A stretch of 64,000 bases of DNA from a virus. Below the pieces are notes generated by a model, which was not told the DNA's origin, made no database searches, and worked only from the letters and a program-made list of their open reading frames with translations. Within the stretch, counting starts at the first letter, position 1; every line of letters starts with the position of its first letter. Below are positions 18,727-27,494 of the stretch, piece after piece. The position numbers and the translations under genes are program-made. The stretch lies in the IMG/VR virus record IMGVR_UViG_3300009099_000001. One strand, given 5' to 3'.

Positions 18727-19248
18727 TCAGCGAGCGGCGGGATCGTAGGCGGCTTGCAGGGCGGCGTGCAGTTGGTCGCGCGTCCCGTCGAAGTCGCTCA
18801 GCCAAGCGACGAAACCGGGGAGTGGGGCGGCGTCGCGACTCAGGCTGTCGACATAGCGCCAGGCGTGGTCGTCGTCGGACATCACGTCCCCGTGGTCCAT
18901 GACGAAGCTGCCGGCGTCCTGCCAGCTGGTGAGCAGGGCGAAGCGGCCCTCGGTGCGCGTCATGGTGGGGCCGGGGTGCAGCCACACGTGGCGGGGGTCC
19001 GCCGGGACCGTGCTCCAGATCTGGGTCACGTACTCGGCGGCGTCACCGATGGGCACGCGGTCGATGAGTGCGACCAAGCGCTCGACGCGGGGCGTATGGT
19101 CGGCGTGGATCACGAGGACGTCGTCGCCCGCCGCGAAGGGGGCTTTGACGTCTACGTGCGTGCGCACACGCACGGCGGGGGTTTCGGCCGGGTGGCCGGG
19201 CCATGCGGAGCAGGGCAACTGCATGGCGGCGAAAACGGTTTCGGTCAT
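18727..19248 (-). CDS. Hypothetical protein (reverse-strand cassette inside the virion module)
   Basis: 173 aa from ATG 19248 behind GGAGG. No recognisable motif. Confidence 0.65.
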   Translation of the reverse strand: MTETVFAAMQLPCSAWPGHPAETPAVRVRTHVDVKAPFAAGDDVLVIHADHTPRVERLVALIDRVPIGDAAEYVTQIWSTVPADPRHVWLHPGPTMTRTEGRFALLTSWQDAGSFVMDHGDVMSDDDHAWRYVDSLSRDAAPLPGFVAWLSDFDGTRDQLHAALQAAYDPAAR

Positions 19249-19279
19249 GAGGAACCTCCGTGTGTGGATTGATAGAACT

Positions 19280-19309
19280 ATCATACCACAAGCGACGGCG
19301 GATTGCCAG
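19280..19309 (-). promoter_or_regulatory. Extended -10 promoter (TGG-TATGAT)
   Basis: Minus strand CTTGTGGTATGATAG. Weak -35 (CTGGCA). Confidence 0.45.
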
Positions 19310-19321
19310 TCCGAGATCGGA

Positions 19322-19591
19322 TCAGGGCGCGATGTGGATCACGTTGGCGGCGCCGTGTTCCCGGCGCACGGCCACGGCGCCGTCTGCTTCGAGGCGGTCC
19401 ATAGCCCGATGAATGGAGGGGATGCTGACTCCGGTTTCGGCGGCGATGACGGGCTGACTGACGGCAATCCCGCCGCCGGCCACGACGCGCACGGGCGCGT
19501 ACTTGTCCGCGTAGGTGCGGGTCAAGGCGGCGGCGCGGTCGGCGTCGAGGCTCTGCAGAAAGGCGAGTACGGCGCGGGTAGCCGGGGTCAT
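19322..19591 (-). CDS. Winged-helix (GntR/MarR-like) transcriptional regulator
   Basis: 89 aa from ATG 19591 behind ACACAGGAG. HTH VSQPVIAAETGVSIPSIHRAMDRLEADGAVAV. Confidence 0.6.
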   Translation of the reverse strand: MTPATRAVLAFLQSLDADRAAALTRTYADKYAPVRVVAGGGIAVSQPVIAAETGVSIPSIHRAMDRLEADGAVAVRREHGAANVIHIAP

Positions 19592-19620
19592 GCGGCACTC
19601 CTGTGTTTCTCTACGCTGCC

Positions 19621-19650
19621 ATATTACCACGAGGCGTGCGGCATTGCCAA
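19621..19650 (-). promoter_or_regulatory. Early promoter cassette copy (TTGGCA-N18-TGG-TAATAT)
   Basis: -10 TAATAT at 19621-19626, -35 TTGGCA at 19645-19650. Confidence 0.55.
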
Positions 19651-19772
19651 GATCCAATCGCAATATCCGAAACCCGACAGTGTGCGAAGCGACGTTTCGA
19701 GTGTGCGGCAATGGGGCCGTCGCCGGATATTCAGTGAAAATGTGCTACGATCCCGATATGTTCTAAATTTGT

Positions 19773-19786
19773 TATATACTGCACAC
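19773..19786 (+). promoter_or_regulatory. Leaderless-type promoter for the capsid gene (TGT-TATATACT-N6-ATG)
   Basis: TATACT at 19775-19780, 6 nt (gcacac), ATG 19787. No SD. Confidence 0.5.
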
Positions 19787-22318
19787 ATGAACGAGTTAAA
19801 TCGCACTGTCTGGTACGAGGCCGCACGCCCCGACGACTCGGACGCCCGCCCGCATATCCACGCGGTCGGGTTGGTGTTGGAGACGCCCACGCGCAACCGC
19901 ACCTGGTATCCGCGGGAAGTGGTCGAACAGGCGCATGCGGAGATGCCTGTGCCCTTTATGGGGCGCGACGGCCATCCCCCCAAGAGCGAACTGGCGCAAG
20001 GCGACCGATTTCAAGATTCCGCCGTCATGTGGACGCATCGGGAAATCCGGGAAGCCCTGATCAATGGACAACGGAAACCGTATGTCGCATTGCGGGGGAG
20101 GCTGCTGAAAACGGTCGGGGGCCAATCGATTCAAGAAGCCTTGGACGCCCGATATCCCGTGGGCGTCTCGATACGCGGATGGGCCGAATCTGCCGAATCT
20201 CGGACCATCGGCGATGATCACGTGAAGGTCCCACAGGGGTTGACTATTCAGACCTACGATCTGGTGCAGTCGCCGTCTTCGGTCGGCAGTCGGGCACAGA
20301 CGGAAAGCACTACTCTCCATTGCTTTGAAGCAGTGGATTTTCGTAAGGAGATTGCCATGAGCGAACATTCGGAAAAACCAGTCCCGCAGACCACCTCGGA
20401 AGAGGTCAAATCGGAAATGGCGGCACTCCAGGCGCAGCTGGCCAAGATGGAGGAACGGCTCCAGGCGCAGGAATCCGTCGTAACGGAAGCGCCGGCGCTC
20501 AATGATCAGATGACGCAGGAACTCCGGGAGACGGCGGAAAAACTCTATAAGCAGCAAAGTCAAACCATTCGGCTGTATGAGACCACCGAGTTGGTCAAGA
20601 GGAACATGTCCGACTGGATACAACAGTTCCCGGACTATATGCACGAGAAGGCCGAGCAAGACATGCGGGATCAGGCTGAACTGCTTTTGCATCGTTATTT
20701 GGACTTGACGCCGTCCCAGATATGGGAGCGCGCCGTCAAGAACATTACGCCGGTGCTGGCGCAGTGGGCGGCCGCCCAAGACCTGCAACGCCTCGGCGCC
20801 AAAGCCGACCGCTTCCGCGAAGCCGTCATGAAAGGCCAGCCCTTGACTTCCGAGACTGCCGCCGCGACGACCCCGCCGAGCACCAATCAACGGACTGGCG
20901 CCGGGCCCGTCGTGGAAGCGATGGAGACGGGGTTCGAGCAAAGGACAGGCCAACCAGAGTGGACCCGGTACAGTCACGACATGATGGAGTCGTTCGCCAC
21001 CGATCCCGGCTTTCGGCATGAGATCAAATCCAAGCTGAACGACAAGACGCATACGGAACTAGATTGGCATCCCGACGCCATGCGCGCGCACCCGAATATG
21101 GCGTATGTGCAAGAGGTGCTCCTGCACCATGACCGTATCCACGGCCAAGACCTGATCAACGAATATCAGAAGATCCACGAAAAGTTGAACATGCCGGGGC
21201 GCCAGAAGAAAGGCGACACCCTGGCATTCTGGGAAACCGTAACCAGCGGCGACGTCGCGACGCCGTCGACGACGGACCGGGCCATCATCATGGCGGCCCT
21301 GCCGATGTTGGTCTCCACCTCGGTGTTCGACTTCGGCACCGTGGCCGGTTCCGAGGTCAAGGTGCCTGACGAATTCCGGGAGACCTTCTATTCCCAGACC
21401 GCGACCACAGGCACTACGACGCTGACGGGCAATGCAGCGGTAGGCGACACTTTTCAATTGGACCATCAGAACTTGGACGCCGATACCGGAGTCACCATCA
21501 GCGGTTTGGACGAAAACACCGATTTCGTCGTGGACTATCGAAACGGCATCTTGCACTTCCTGACGGCCAGCTCTTTGGGCGATGCGACGTATGCCTATCG
21601 GGCCTACACGGGCAACGAGAACGCTGCCATTCAGCAATCGGAATGGCAGACCAAGCTGCACACGATCAACATCTCCTTCACCCGCCTGCAGACCAGCCTG
21701 ACCCGAGAGGCTATCGCCTACGCCCGCGCGGATACCGGCTGGGACGCCCGCACGCGGAACTTGTTCGGCCTGGCATTCGAGATCCAAGAAAAAATCGACA
21801 AGCAGAACTTTCAATTGGCGCAGACCGCCGCCCGCGTCGCCGGCCATGTGGCCACCGTGGGCAATGCTTCGATCAATCTCAACACGGACGAGGGTCTGAA
21901 ACAGTCGCGCACTGCCATCAGCAACGCCAAGTCGCTGATCGAAGACGACTTCTACATGGCCAACGCCATCATCGGGTCCGTGAAGAGCATCGAATTGCTG
22001 GCGGACTGGGAAGGCTTCCAAAGGGACGGCTTCCCCGACGGCACCTTGATGGCCAACGGCGTGGTGACGATGCACAAGGGCTGTCGAGTCGTCAAGACGA
22101 CGATGATGGATGACGATCACCTGCTGATTACGTCCCCGATGAGCGTGAGGTACCGCTCGCTACAGGGCGAAATGCTGAAGACCAGCGGTCCCGACCGGCC
22201 TGTGGATACCAGCACGGGACGCCCCAAGGACGTGGAAAGTTGGATTGTCTCTTGCGGCGACTGGGCCGGATTCCACCGTCCCGAGCGCACGGCGATGGTG
22301 CCCTTGGCGACTTCCTGA
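19787..22318 (+). CDS. Prohead protease-like / scaffold-like / HK97-fold major capsid fusion protein
   Basis: 843 aa in one uninterrupted frame. The N-terminal ~190 aa are globular (HAVGLVLETPTRNRTWYPREV, GRDGHPP). A coiled-coil acidic linker follows (EEVKSEMAALQAQLAKMEERLQAQE). The C-terminal ~450 aa are capsid-like. The track ORF start at 18899 is rejected because it overlaps two minus-strand genes. Confidence 0.55.
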   Translation: MNELNRTVWYEAARPDDSDARPHIHAVGLVLETPTRNRTWYPREVVEQAHAEMPVPFMGRDGHPPKSELAQGDRFQDSAVMWTHREIREALINGQRKPYVALRGRLLKTVGGQSIQEALDARYPVGVSIRGWAESAESRTIGDDHVKVPQGLTIQTYDLVQSPSSVGSRAQTESTTLHCFEAVDFRKEIAMSEHSEKPVPQTTSEEVKSEMAALQAQLAKMEERLQAQESVVTEAPALNDQMTQELRETAEKLYKQQSQTIRLYETTELVKRNMSDWIQQFPDYMHEKAEQDMRDQAELLLHRYLDLTPSQIWERAVKNITPVLAQWAAAQDLQRLGAKADRFREAVMKGQPLTSETAAATTPPSTNQRTGAGPVVEAMETGFEQRTGQPEWTRYSHDMMESFATDPGFRHEIKSKLNDKTHTELDWHPDAMRAHPNMAYVQEVLLHHDRIHGQDLINEYQKIHEKLNMPGRQKKGDTLAFWETVTSGDVATPSTTDRAIIMAALPMLVSTSVFDFGTVAGSEVKVPDEFRETFYSQTATTGTTTLTGNAAVGDTFQLDHQNLDADTGVTISGLDENTDFVVDYRNGILHFLTASSLGDATYAYRAYTGNENAAIQQSEWQTKLHTINISFTRLQTSLTREAIAYARADTGWDARTRNLFGLAFEIQEKIDKQNFQLAQTAARVAGHVATVGNASINLNTDEGLKQSRTAISNAKSLIEDDFYMANAIIGSVKSIELLADWEGFQRDGFPDGTLMANGVVTMHKGCRVVKTTMMDDDHLLITSPMSVRYRSLQGEMLKTSGPDRPVDTSTGRPKDVESWIVSCGDWAGFHRPERTAMVPLATS

Positions 22319-22319
22319 T

Positions 22320-22766
22320 ATGCATACCCTGTTCAACCCTTCCCGTAACCGGATCATGCAGGTCGGCTCGCGGCGCATTGCGCCGCAGGGCCGGCTCACG
22401 ATGTCGGACGAGGTGTTTCGGTCTCTCTTGCAGAGCCAAGAGCATCTGCCCTATGGGTATCGGATCGATAGTCCGTGGGGCGCCAATTGGGACTCCTGCC
22501 GCCGCCATATCCGCCGTGCGGCGGCGCGGCAGGCTGTGTCGGCGCCCGATCCCGTTCCCGAACCAGCGCCCCCGCCCCAATTACAGGACTTGCCGCGCAT
22601 GTCCGACGTCATTCGGGAGGCGTTGGCCGAGGTCGATATTGCGACCGTAGACGGGGTACGGGCGGCATCCGACGATTTCTTGATTGCTTTGCCGCATATC
22701 GGGCCCGTCACCGTAGCCCGTTGGCGCGAGTTCTTGGCGCAAGATGGCTCCAGTTCCGCTGACTGA
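22320..22766 (+). CDS. Hypothetical virion protein with C-terminal helix-hairpin-helix-like motif
   Basis: 148 aa. ATG 22320 lies 1 nt after the capsid stop. C-terminal LPHIGPVTVARWREFL. Confidence 0.55.
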   Translation: MHTLFNPSRNRIMQVGSRRIAPQGRLTMSDEVFRSLLQSQEHLPYGYRIDSPWGANWDSCRRHIRRAAARQAVSAPDPVPEPAPPPQLQDLPRMSDVIREALAEVDIATVDGVRAASDDFLIALPHIGPVTVARWREFLAQDGSSSAD

Positions 22767-23370
22767 CGTGGCTACTGCCGTAGAAACGCGTCTCGGGGCT
22801 ACCCTGTTGCAAGACACAGGGTTGACCGGGGATGCGTTGGTGCGGCTTGCCTTGTTGGAAATCCCGGAATATCTCTACGACGCCCGGACGGACGACGTGT
22901 ATTTGGATCGGGCGGGCAATTCCGCAGACACGTACACGGACGAATGGGTGGCGATGGTAGATCGGATTTCCGACGGACATCGCTCCGTATGGACCCAGGA
23001 CGCTGCCGATCCCAGTCGCATTCGGCATCACCATGTCCAGGACCGCCGCGTACGCGTCGTCGTGCAACCCCTCATTCCGGGGACCCGCGCCGCCTTGGCC
23101 GCCGATACCTGGAGCAGCGAAACGGTAGATCTCGACCCTGCGCTCCAGCAGGCGTTGCTCGCCTACACGGAATGGCAGACGCGGGACCAGCACGAAACCC
23201 TCACCAACACCGACCGCTTGAGCGGGCGTTCTTTCCGGGTCGAGGGCCTGGAAGTGCGGGAGACACACGGCGGCTCCACGGGGACGGCGGCCACCGCCGC
23301 CGACAATGCCCGGAACCGTTTTTTGCAATGGGCGCAACGCTATCGGCGGCCCGGCGGGATTTCGGGATGA
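22744..23370 (+). CDS. Hypothetical virion protein (head-tail adaptor position)
   Basis: 208-aa ORF. Function suggested by position only. Confidence 0.5.
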   Translation: MAPVPLTDVATAVETRLGATLLQDTGLTGDALVRLALLEIPEYLYDARTDDVYLDRAGNSADTYTDEWVAMVDRISDGHRSVWTQDAADPSRIRHHHVQDRRVRVVVQPLIPGTRAALAADTWSSETVDLDPALQQALLAYTEWQTRDQHETLTNTDRLSGRSFRVEGLEVRETHGGSTGTAATAADNARNRFLQWAQRYRRPGGISG

Positions 23371-23756
23371 CGACTGCGCTCCCCGATACGGCTTGGGCCT
23401 TGGACCAAATCCGCGCCCTGTTGCCCGCCTATGGGCGGGATTTGACGCTGTTCGCCATTCCCGCCGTGAACGACCCCCGCTTCGGTACGGGTCAAGAAGA
23501 ACAGCGGGCGACCGTGCGCGCCTTCGTGCAACCCGTCGGCGGCGGCGCCATGCGCTTCAACCGCGGCATTCAGGACAGCACGACCAAGCAATATCGCCTC
23601 TATGCATTGGACCCTGGCTTGGAGACGGACACCTATTTCCGCTTTCAGCAGGACGCGGGCATTACCTTGGGTACCGGAGACGAAACGCGTCTGCGCATAA
23701 TCGAGACGCTGTATCTACACGGCATCTACGTAGCGACGGCAGAGGCGGCGAACTGA
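23367..23756 (+). CDS. Hypothetical virion protein (head closure position)
   Basis: 129 aa. ATGA overlap with the upstream gene. Confidence 0.55.
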   Translation: MTTALPDTAWALDQIRALLPAYGRDLTLFAIPAVNDPRFGTGQEEQRATVRAFVQPVGGGAMRFNRGIQDSTTKQYRLYALDPGLETDTYFRFQQDAGITLGTGDETRLRIIETLYLHGIYVATAEAAN

Positions 23757-24160
23757 TGGCCCGGAAACCGGCGCTCACACGGCGCTCTACGCTCGACAAA
23801 GGGTCGGCTGTGCGACTGACCTGGTCCGGCAAATTGCCCGACAACATCACCTATATGTCTACCTCTCGGTTGCGCAACGCGGTCGAAACGGCGATGGGCC
23901 GCATGAGCAGCGAGATGGAGACGCACGCCAAACTCACGGCGCCGTGGACGGACCGCACGGGCAACGCCCGCCAGGGTCTCTACAGCAATGTGCGCACTGA
24001 AGGCGCATCCAAAGTCATCGTGGAGTTGGGGCACGGCCCCGCCATCCATTACGGCAAGTATCTGGAGACGGCGCATAAGGGCAAGTACGCCGTGATCGGG
24101 CCGACGCTCGAACGGTATGCCCCGAGCGTACCGCGGCGCATTCAGCAGGAGTTCGACTGA
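23756..24160 (+). CDS. HK97 gp10-like tail-completion/neck protein
   Basis: 134 aa. AKLTAPWTDRTGNARQGLYSNV...VELGHGPAIHYGKYLE resembles the gp10 family pattern. TGATG overlap. Confidence 0.5.
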   Translation: MARKPALTRRSTLDKGSAVRLTWSGKLPDNITYMSTSRLRNAVETAMGRMSSEMETHAKLTAPWTDRTGNARQGLYSNVRTEGASKVIVELGHGPAIHYGKYLETAHKGKYAVIGPTLERYAPSVPRRIQQEFD

Positions 24161-24720
24161 TGTCTGCCGACCGCCCCTGGTACGACGAAGTAGTGCAGAT
24201 CCCCGAACTGGTGGTGGCCGAAATCGACCGGGACATGAAAGACCCGCAGACCGCGGGGCTGCCGCCGGGGTATGGCGGTCTGTTCGGCAAACTGCCCGGC
24301 GGCGTCAGCACCGGTGGCAGTTCGCTCGCCAAGGACCGGGCGCAATTCACTGCCGGCGGCGCCATCTATCTCCTGAACATCCGGGTCTGCGAGCAGGGCA
24401 TCCAGCCAGGTCCGACCCCCGGGTTGTATCACTGCATGATCCAACTGGCGATGGACACGGACTACATGGGCAAGCCCCACGACCATATCCAAATGCTCCA
24501 GGTGTTCCGGCGCACTCGTTGGCTCTTGGACCGCAACACGCTGTCGAGTCAGGAGTACTCGGAATTTGCGACCTTGGCCGACGGGACGACGGCACGCCCG
24601 CCGACCGCACATCGGCAAGCCACCTTCGTGTTCGAGCAACAGGGCATGACCCAAGGCGGGCGGGACGAACTGGCGTCCGAGCATATGGTCCAAATCTACC
24701 GTGTAGGCAGTACTCACTAA
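24160..24720 (+). CDS. Hypothetical virion protein (tail terminator position)
   Basis: 186-aa ORF with a 1-nt overlap with the upstream stop. Confidence 0.5.
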   Translation: MSADRPWYDEVVQIPELVVAEIDRDMKDPQTAGLPPGYGGLFGKLPGGVSTGGSSLAKDRAQFTAGGAIYLLNIRVCEQGIQPGPTPGLYHCMIQLAMDTDYMGKPHDHIQMLQVFRRTRWLLDRNTLSSQEYSEFATLADGTTARPPTAHRQATFVFEQQGMTQGGRDELASEHMVQIYRVGSTH

Positions 24721-24733
24721 AGGAAGCACTTCT

Positions 24734-25258
24734 ATGGCTCATCTCGCTTTCGGCTCGCAACCCTTTGGTCTACGCGAACTACGCGTACAGGCGTTGACCA
24801 CGGGCGCGACGACCGTGCCCCTGCCGAACATTTCCACGTTGTCGTTGAACCCGCAGTTCATCAGCGGCGAATTGTCCGGCGACGACCAAATCGTAGCCCT
24901 GGGCAGCATCATCTCCAGCGCCGAATGGTCGCTGGAAGCCGGCGGTCTCAGCATGGACGCCTATGCCGTCATGTTCGGCCAGACGGCTACGGAAACGGGT
25001 ACGACGCCCAACCGCGTTTCCCGTTTGAGGTATCTCGGCGCGCAGGACTTGCCCTACTTTCGCATCATCGGACGTGCTTTGGACGCTACGGCCGGCGACT
25101 TGTTGATCACGATCAATCGGGCCAAGATCAACAGTCACGACGGCGGCTTTTCTTACGGCGAGTTCTATATGACCTCCGCCGACGGCATCGCCTTGGCGGA
25201 CAGCACGGGGCAGATTTACACGTACTCCGCGCGACAGGCCCGCGCCGCCATCCCGTAA
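24734..25258 (+). CDS. Putative major tail (tube) protein, short paralogue
   Basis: 174 aa with RBS AAGGAAG. Aligns with the C-terminal 170 aa of 25272-26330 (GDDQIVALGS..SLEAGGLSMDAYAVMFGQ...YFRIIG...INRAKIN). Confidence 0.45.
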   Translation: MAHLAFGSQPFGLRELRVQALTTGATTVPLPNISTLSLNPQFISGELSGDDQIVALGSIISSAEWSLEAGGLSMDAYAVMFGQTATETGTTPNRVSRLRYLGAQDLPYFRIIGRALDATAGDLLITINRAKINSHDGGFSYGEFYMTSADGIALADSTGQIYTYSARQARAAIP

Positions 25259-25271
25259 AGGAGGCAATCTC

Positions 25272-26330
25272 ATGGCTTACGACGATCCGCGACCCTTCGG
25301 CTTACAGTCGGTGTGGGTGGCGCGGACCTGGAATGCCGTCGGACACAAAGTGCGCGGCTTCGGATATACGTGGGACCCGAATCCAGTCGCTACACCCGCT
25401 TTGGTCGGCGCAGTAGACGTGACCGGGGGTGTCGCGACTGCCACGTTCGGCGGCAATCTCATATCAGGTCCTATTACCGTGACGGCTACGGGCACAGGTA
25501 CCGCCATTACCGAAGTGGTGTCGGCACGATCTTCTTTTGCATACCAACTCACACCGACCCGGCGCACGGTCGTAACTTTGAGCGATACGGATTGGACCGA
25601 CGCTCGCCCTTACAGCTGCGCCAACGCCCGCCAAGCCCAGAGCATTACGCTACGGGCGGCCAGCGTCACTAGTCTGGACGTCTACTTGAACGCCGCGGAC
25701 GACGAATTGGATGCGGCGCATCAAGTCGAATCCGCCAACGTGTTGTTCAGCGCCGGTACGGACATCGACAGCGATCCCGCCGTGCTGTATATCTTCAACG
25801 GTTTCCAGACCGCCAATCCGACGCCTACGAACGGCGACGCCATTACATTGGTGATCGACGGCGAGGCGCGGCATGTGGCGCGCATGGCGGCGGCCAACAG
25901 CATGACGTTCAGTCATAGTTACAAGACGGGCGAGATGCAAGGCAACGATCAGATCGTGGCCGTGGGCACCCGCTTGGCGAGTCTGGAAGGGGACCTGGAA
26001 TCCGGCGGCATCGACTTCGATGCGTACGAAATCATGCTGGGCCAGGACATCGCCCTGAACACGACCACCGGCACCACCGAAGTCACGGGCAGCAACGTCA
26101 ATCCGTACTTCAAGATCAGCGGCGTAGTGACCGACCCCAATGCGCAGGGGTCCACGGAAGTGGTCATCTACCGAGCCAAGCTGAATTCGCTGGAAGGCAG
26201 CTTCAGCGACGCCAAGTTCCTGGTCACTTCCGGGTCCCTGATGGCGATCAAGGAAAGCGACGCTAGCGACAATATCTACGACCTGTATGCTTACGAGACC
26301 CAGGTCGCCCGGGATCTGTCTACGTTCTGA
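25272..26330 (+). CDS. Putative major tail (tube) protein, long paralogue with N-terminal extension
   Basis: 352 aa with RBS AGGAGG. The C-terminal half is paralogous to 24734-25258 (GNDQIVAVGT..SLEGDLESGGIDFDAYEIMLGQ...YFKISG...IYRAKLN). Confidence 0.45.
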   Translation: MAYDDPRPFGLQSVWVARTWNAVGHKVRGFGYTWDPNPVATPALVGAVDVTGGVATATFGGNLISGPITVTATGTGTAITEVVSARSSFAYQLTPTRRTVVTLSDTDWTDARPYSCANARQAQSITLRAASVTSLDVYLNAADDELDAAHQVESANVLFSAGTDIDSDPAVLYIFNGFQTANPTPTNGDAITLVIDGEARHVARMAAANSMTFSHSYKTGEMQGNDQIVAVGTRLASLEGDLESGGIDFDAYEIMLGQDIALNTTTGTTEVTGSNVNPYFKISGVVTDPNAQGSTEVVIYRAKLNSLEGSFSDAKFLVTSGSLMAIKESDASDNIYDLYAYETQVARDLSTF

Positions 26331-26342
26331 GCAGGAACCTCT

Positions 26343-27008
26343 ATGTCCGACCTCACTACCGATTTTCAGTCTTGGCTGCAAGAGGCACGTCAAGGCGTCG
26401 AATATACGTTTCCCAATGCACAAATGACAATCCGCCATCGCAAGGTCACGTTGCTCGACTTGGCGGCGCACGGTCAATTGCCGGATGGCTACGAGCAAGA
26501 CTTCCACGACTTGATGCAGCAAAGCCAGCGGCGTCAAACCGACAACGAAACAACGACTGCAGACGGCGACGCCACGGGGTTTCAGCAGAACGCCAAAATG
26601 TTGCTGCTGGCAGAAGCGCTGTTGCGTGACCATTGGCTGTACCCGGAAATCACGGACGAACAACGGAACGAGGCCATCGGCTATCTAGGCGCCGAAGACA
26701 AACTGACGTGGTTCATGTCGCTCGTGGAGGGCGGCACTGCCGCGGACACCTTTCCAGAGGGCGGGGATACCGAAACATCAGCTGCGCCAGTGGCAATGGA
26801 TGCTGCACCAAGTCGCCAAAGACTACGGGTGTCGGCCCAGCACGCTCGTCAACGACGAACTGGACAAGACGCTGTTCGATCTGTCGGTACACCGCCTGGG
26901 CAACCTGATCGAGGGGAAACTGCAGGAGACGGACAGCAAGGGGAAACCCAAACATACGCTGGAGAAACTGTTGGGGGTGCCGCTGGCACAACGCAGCGGA
27001 TTGGCTAG
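26343..27008 (+). CDS. Tail assembly chaperone-like ORF (3' extent uncertain)
   Basis: The acidic N-terminal ~150 aa look genuine. Beyond ~26790 the frame becomes low-complexity (RQRLRVSAQHARQRRTGQD), while the +1 frame looks protein-like. Confidence 0.4.
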   Translation: MSDLTTDFQSWLQEARQGVEYTFPNAQMTIRHRKVTLLDLAAHGQLPDGYEQDFHDLMQQSQRRQTDNETTTADGDATGFQQNAKMLLLAEALLRDHWLYPEITDEQRNEAIGYLGAEDKLTWFMSLVEGGTAADTFPEGGDTETSAAPVAMDAAPSRQRLRVSAQHARQRRTGQDAVRSVGTPPGQPDRGETAGDGQQGETQTYAGETVGGAAGTTQRIG

Positions 27009-27042
27009 CGTGCAAGAATTACTGACACTGCCACGAGGATAA
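26800..27042 (+). CDS. Second-frame ORF of the chaperone region (separate gene or frameshift product)
   Basis: This frame is open from 26707, with its first ATG at 26800. MLHQVAKDYGCRPSTLVNDELDKTLFDLSVHRLGNLIEGKL looks like real protein. It is +1 relative to 26343. Confidence 0.4.
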   Translation: MLHQVAKDYGCRPSTLVNDELDKTLFDLSVHRLGNLIEGKLQETDSKGKPKHTLEKLLGVPLAQRSGLASVQELLTLPRG

Positions 27043-27047
27043 TCATC

Positions 27048-27494
27048 ATGGCTCAAACTTTTCAATCCGCTTCGACGTTGTACTTGAAGCATCTGTTTCC
27101 GATAATGCGCATCACCCGCCAATTGGAGACCGGGGCCGTTACCGATCTGTTGACGGGGCTGACGTATACCGAGGTGTTGGCGTTGATGGAATACGATACG
27201 CTGGAAGAAGACGCCATCATCACGGTCAACGACGCGGTACTTCACGTGCGGACTGCCGCCGGCTCCGTGGTTACGGCCGACATCGGGATTGCGAACATCG
27301 GTACGGACACGGACAACACGTTCTTCAACGATGCCGACCTGAACACGACGGGGACCGTGTACACCACAGTGACCCGCGCGCGCAACTTGGGGCCCGATCA
27401 GCATTTGGTGGCGAAGGCCAGTACGGACGTAGGGGCGAATTTGGACGCCCGCGTCGATTTCGATTTCACCCTGATGAGGCGTCGTCGCTTCTAA
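27048..27494 (+). CDS. Hypothetical virion protein
   Basis: 148-aa ORF with RBS GAGGA. Confidence 0.6.
   Translation: MAQTFQSASTLYLKHLFPIMRITRQLETGAVTDLLTGLTYTEVLALMEYDTLEEDAIITVNDAVLHVRTAAGSVVTADIGIANIGTDTDNTFFNDADLNTTGTVYTTVTRARNLGPDQHLVAKASTDVGANLDARVDFDFTLMRRRRF

Noticed and set aside
18899-19786. N-terminal 296 codons of the 1139-aa track ORF
   Set aside because: This stretch overlaps two minus-strand genes that have their own promoters, leaders and RBSs. The capsid ORF has a well-placed leaderless promoter at ATG 19787.
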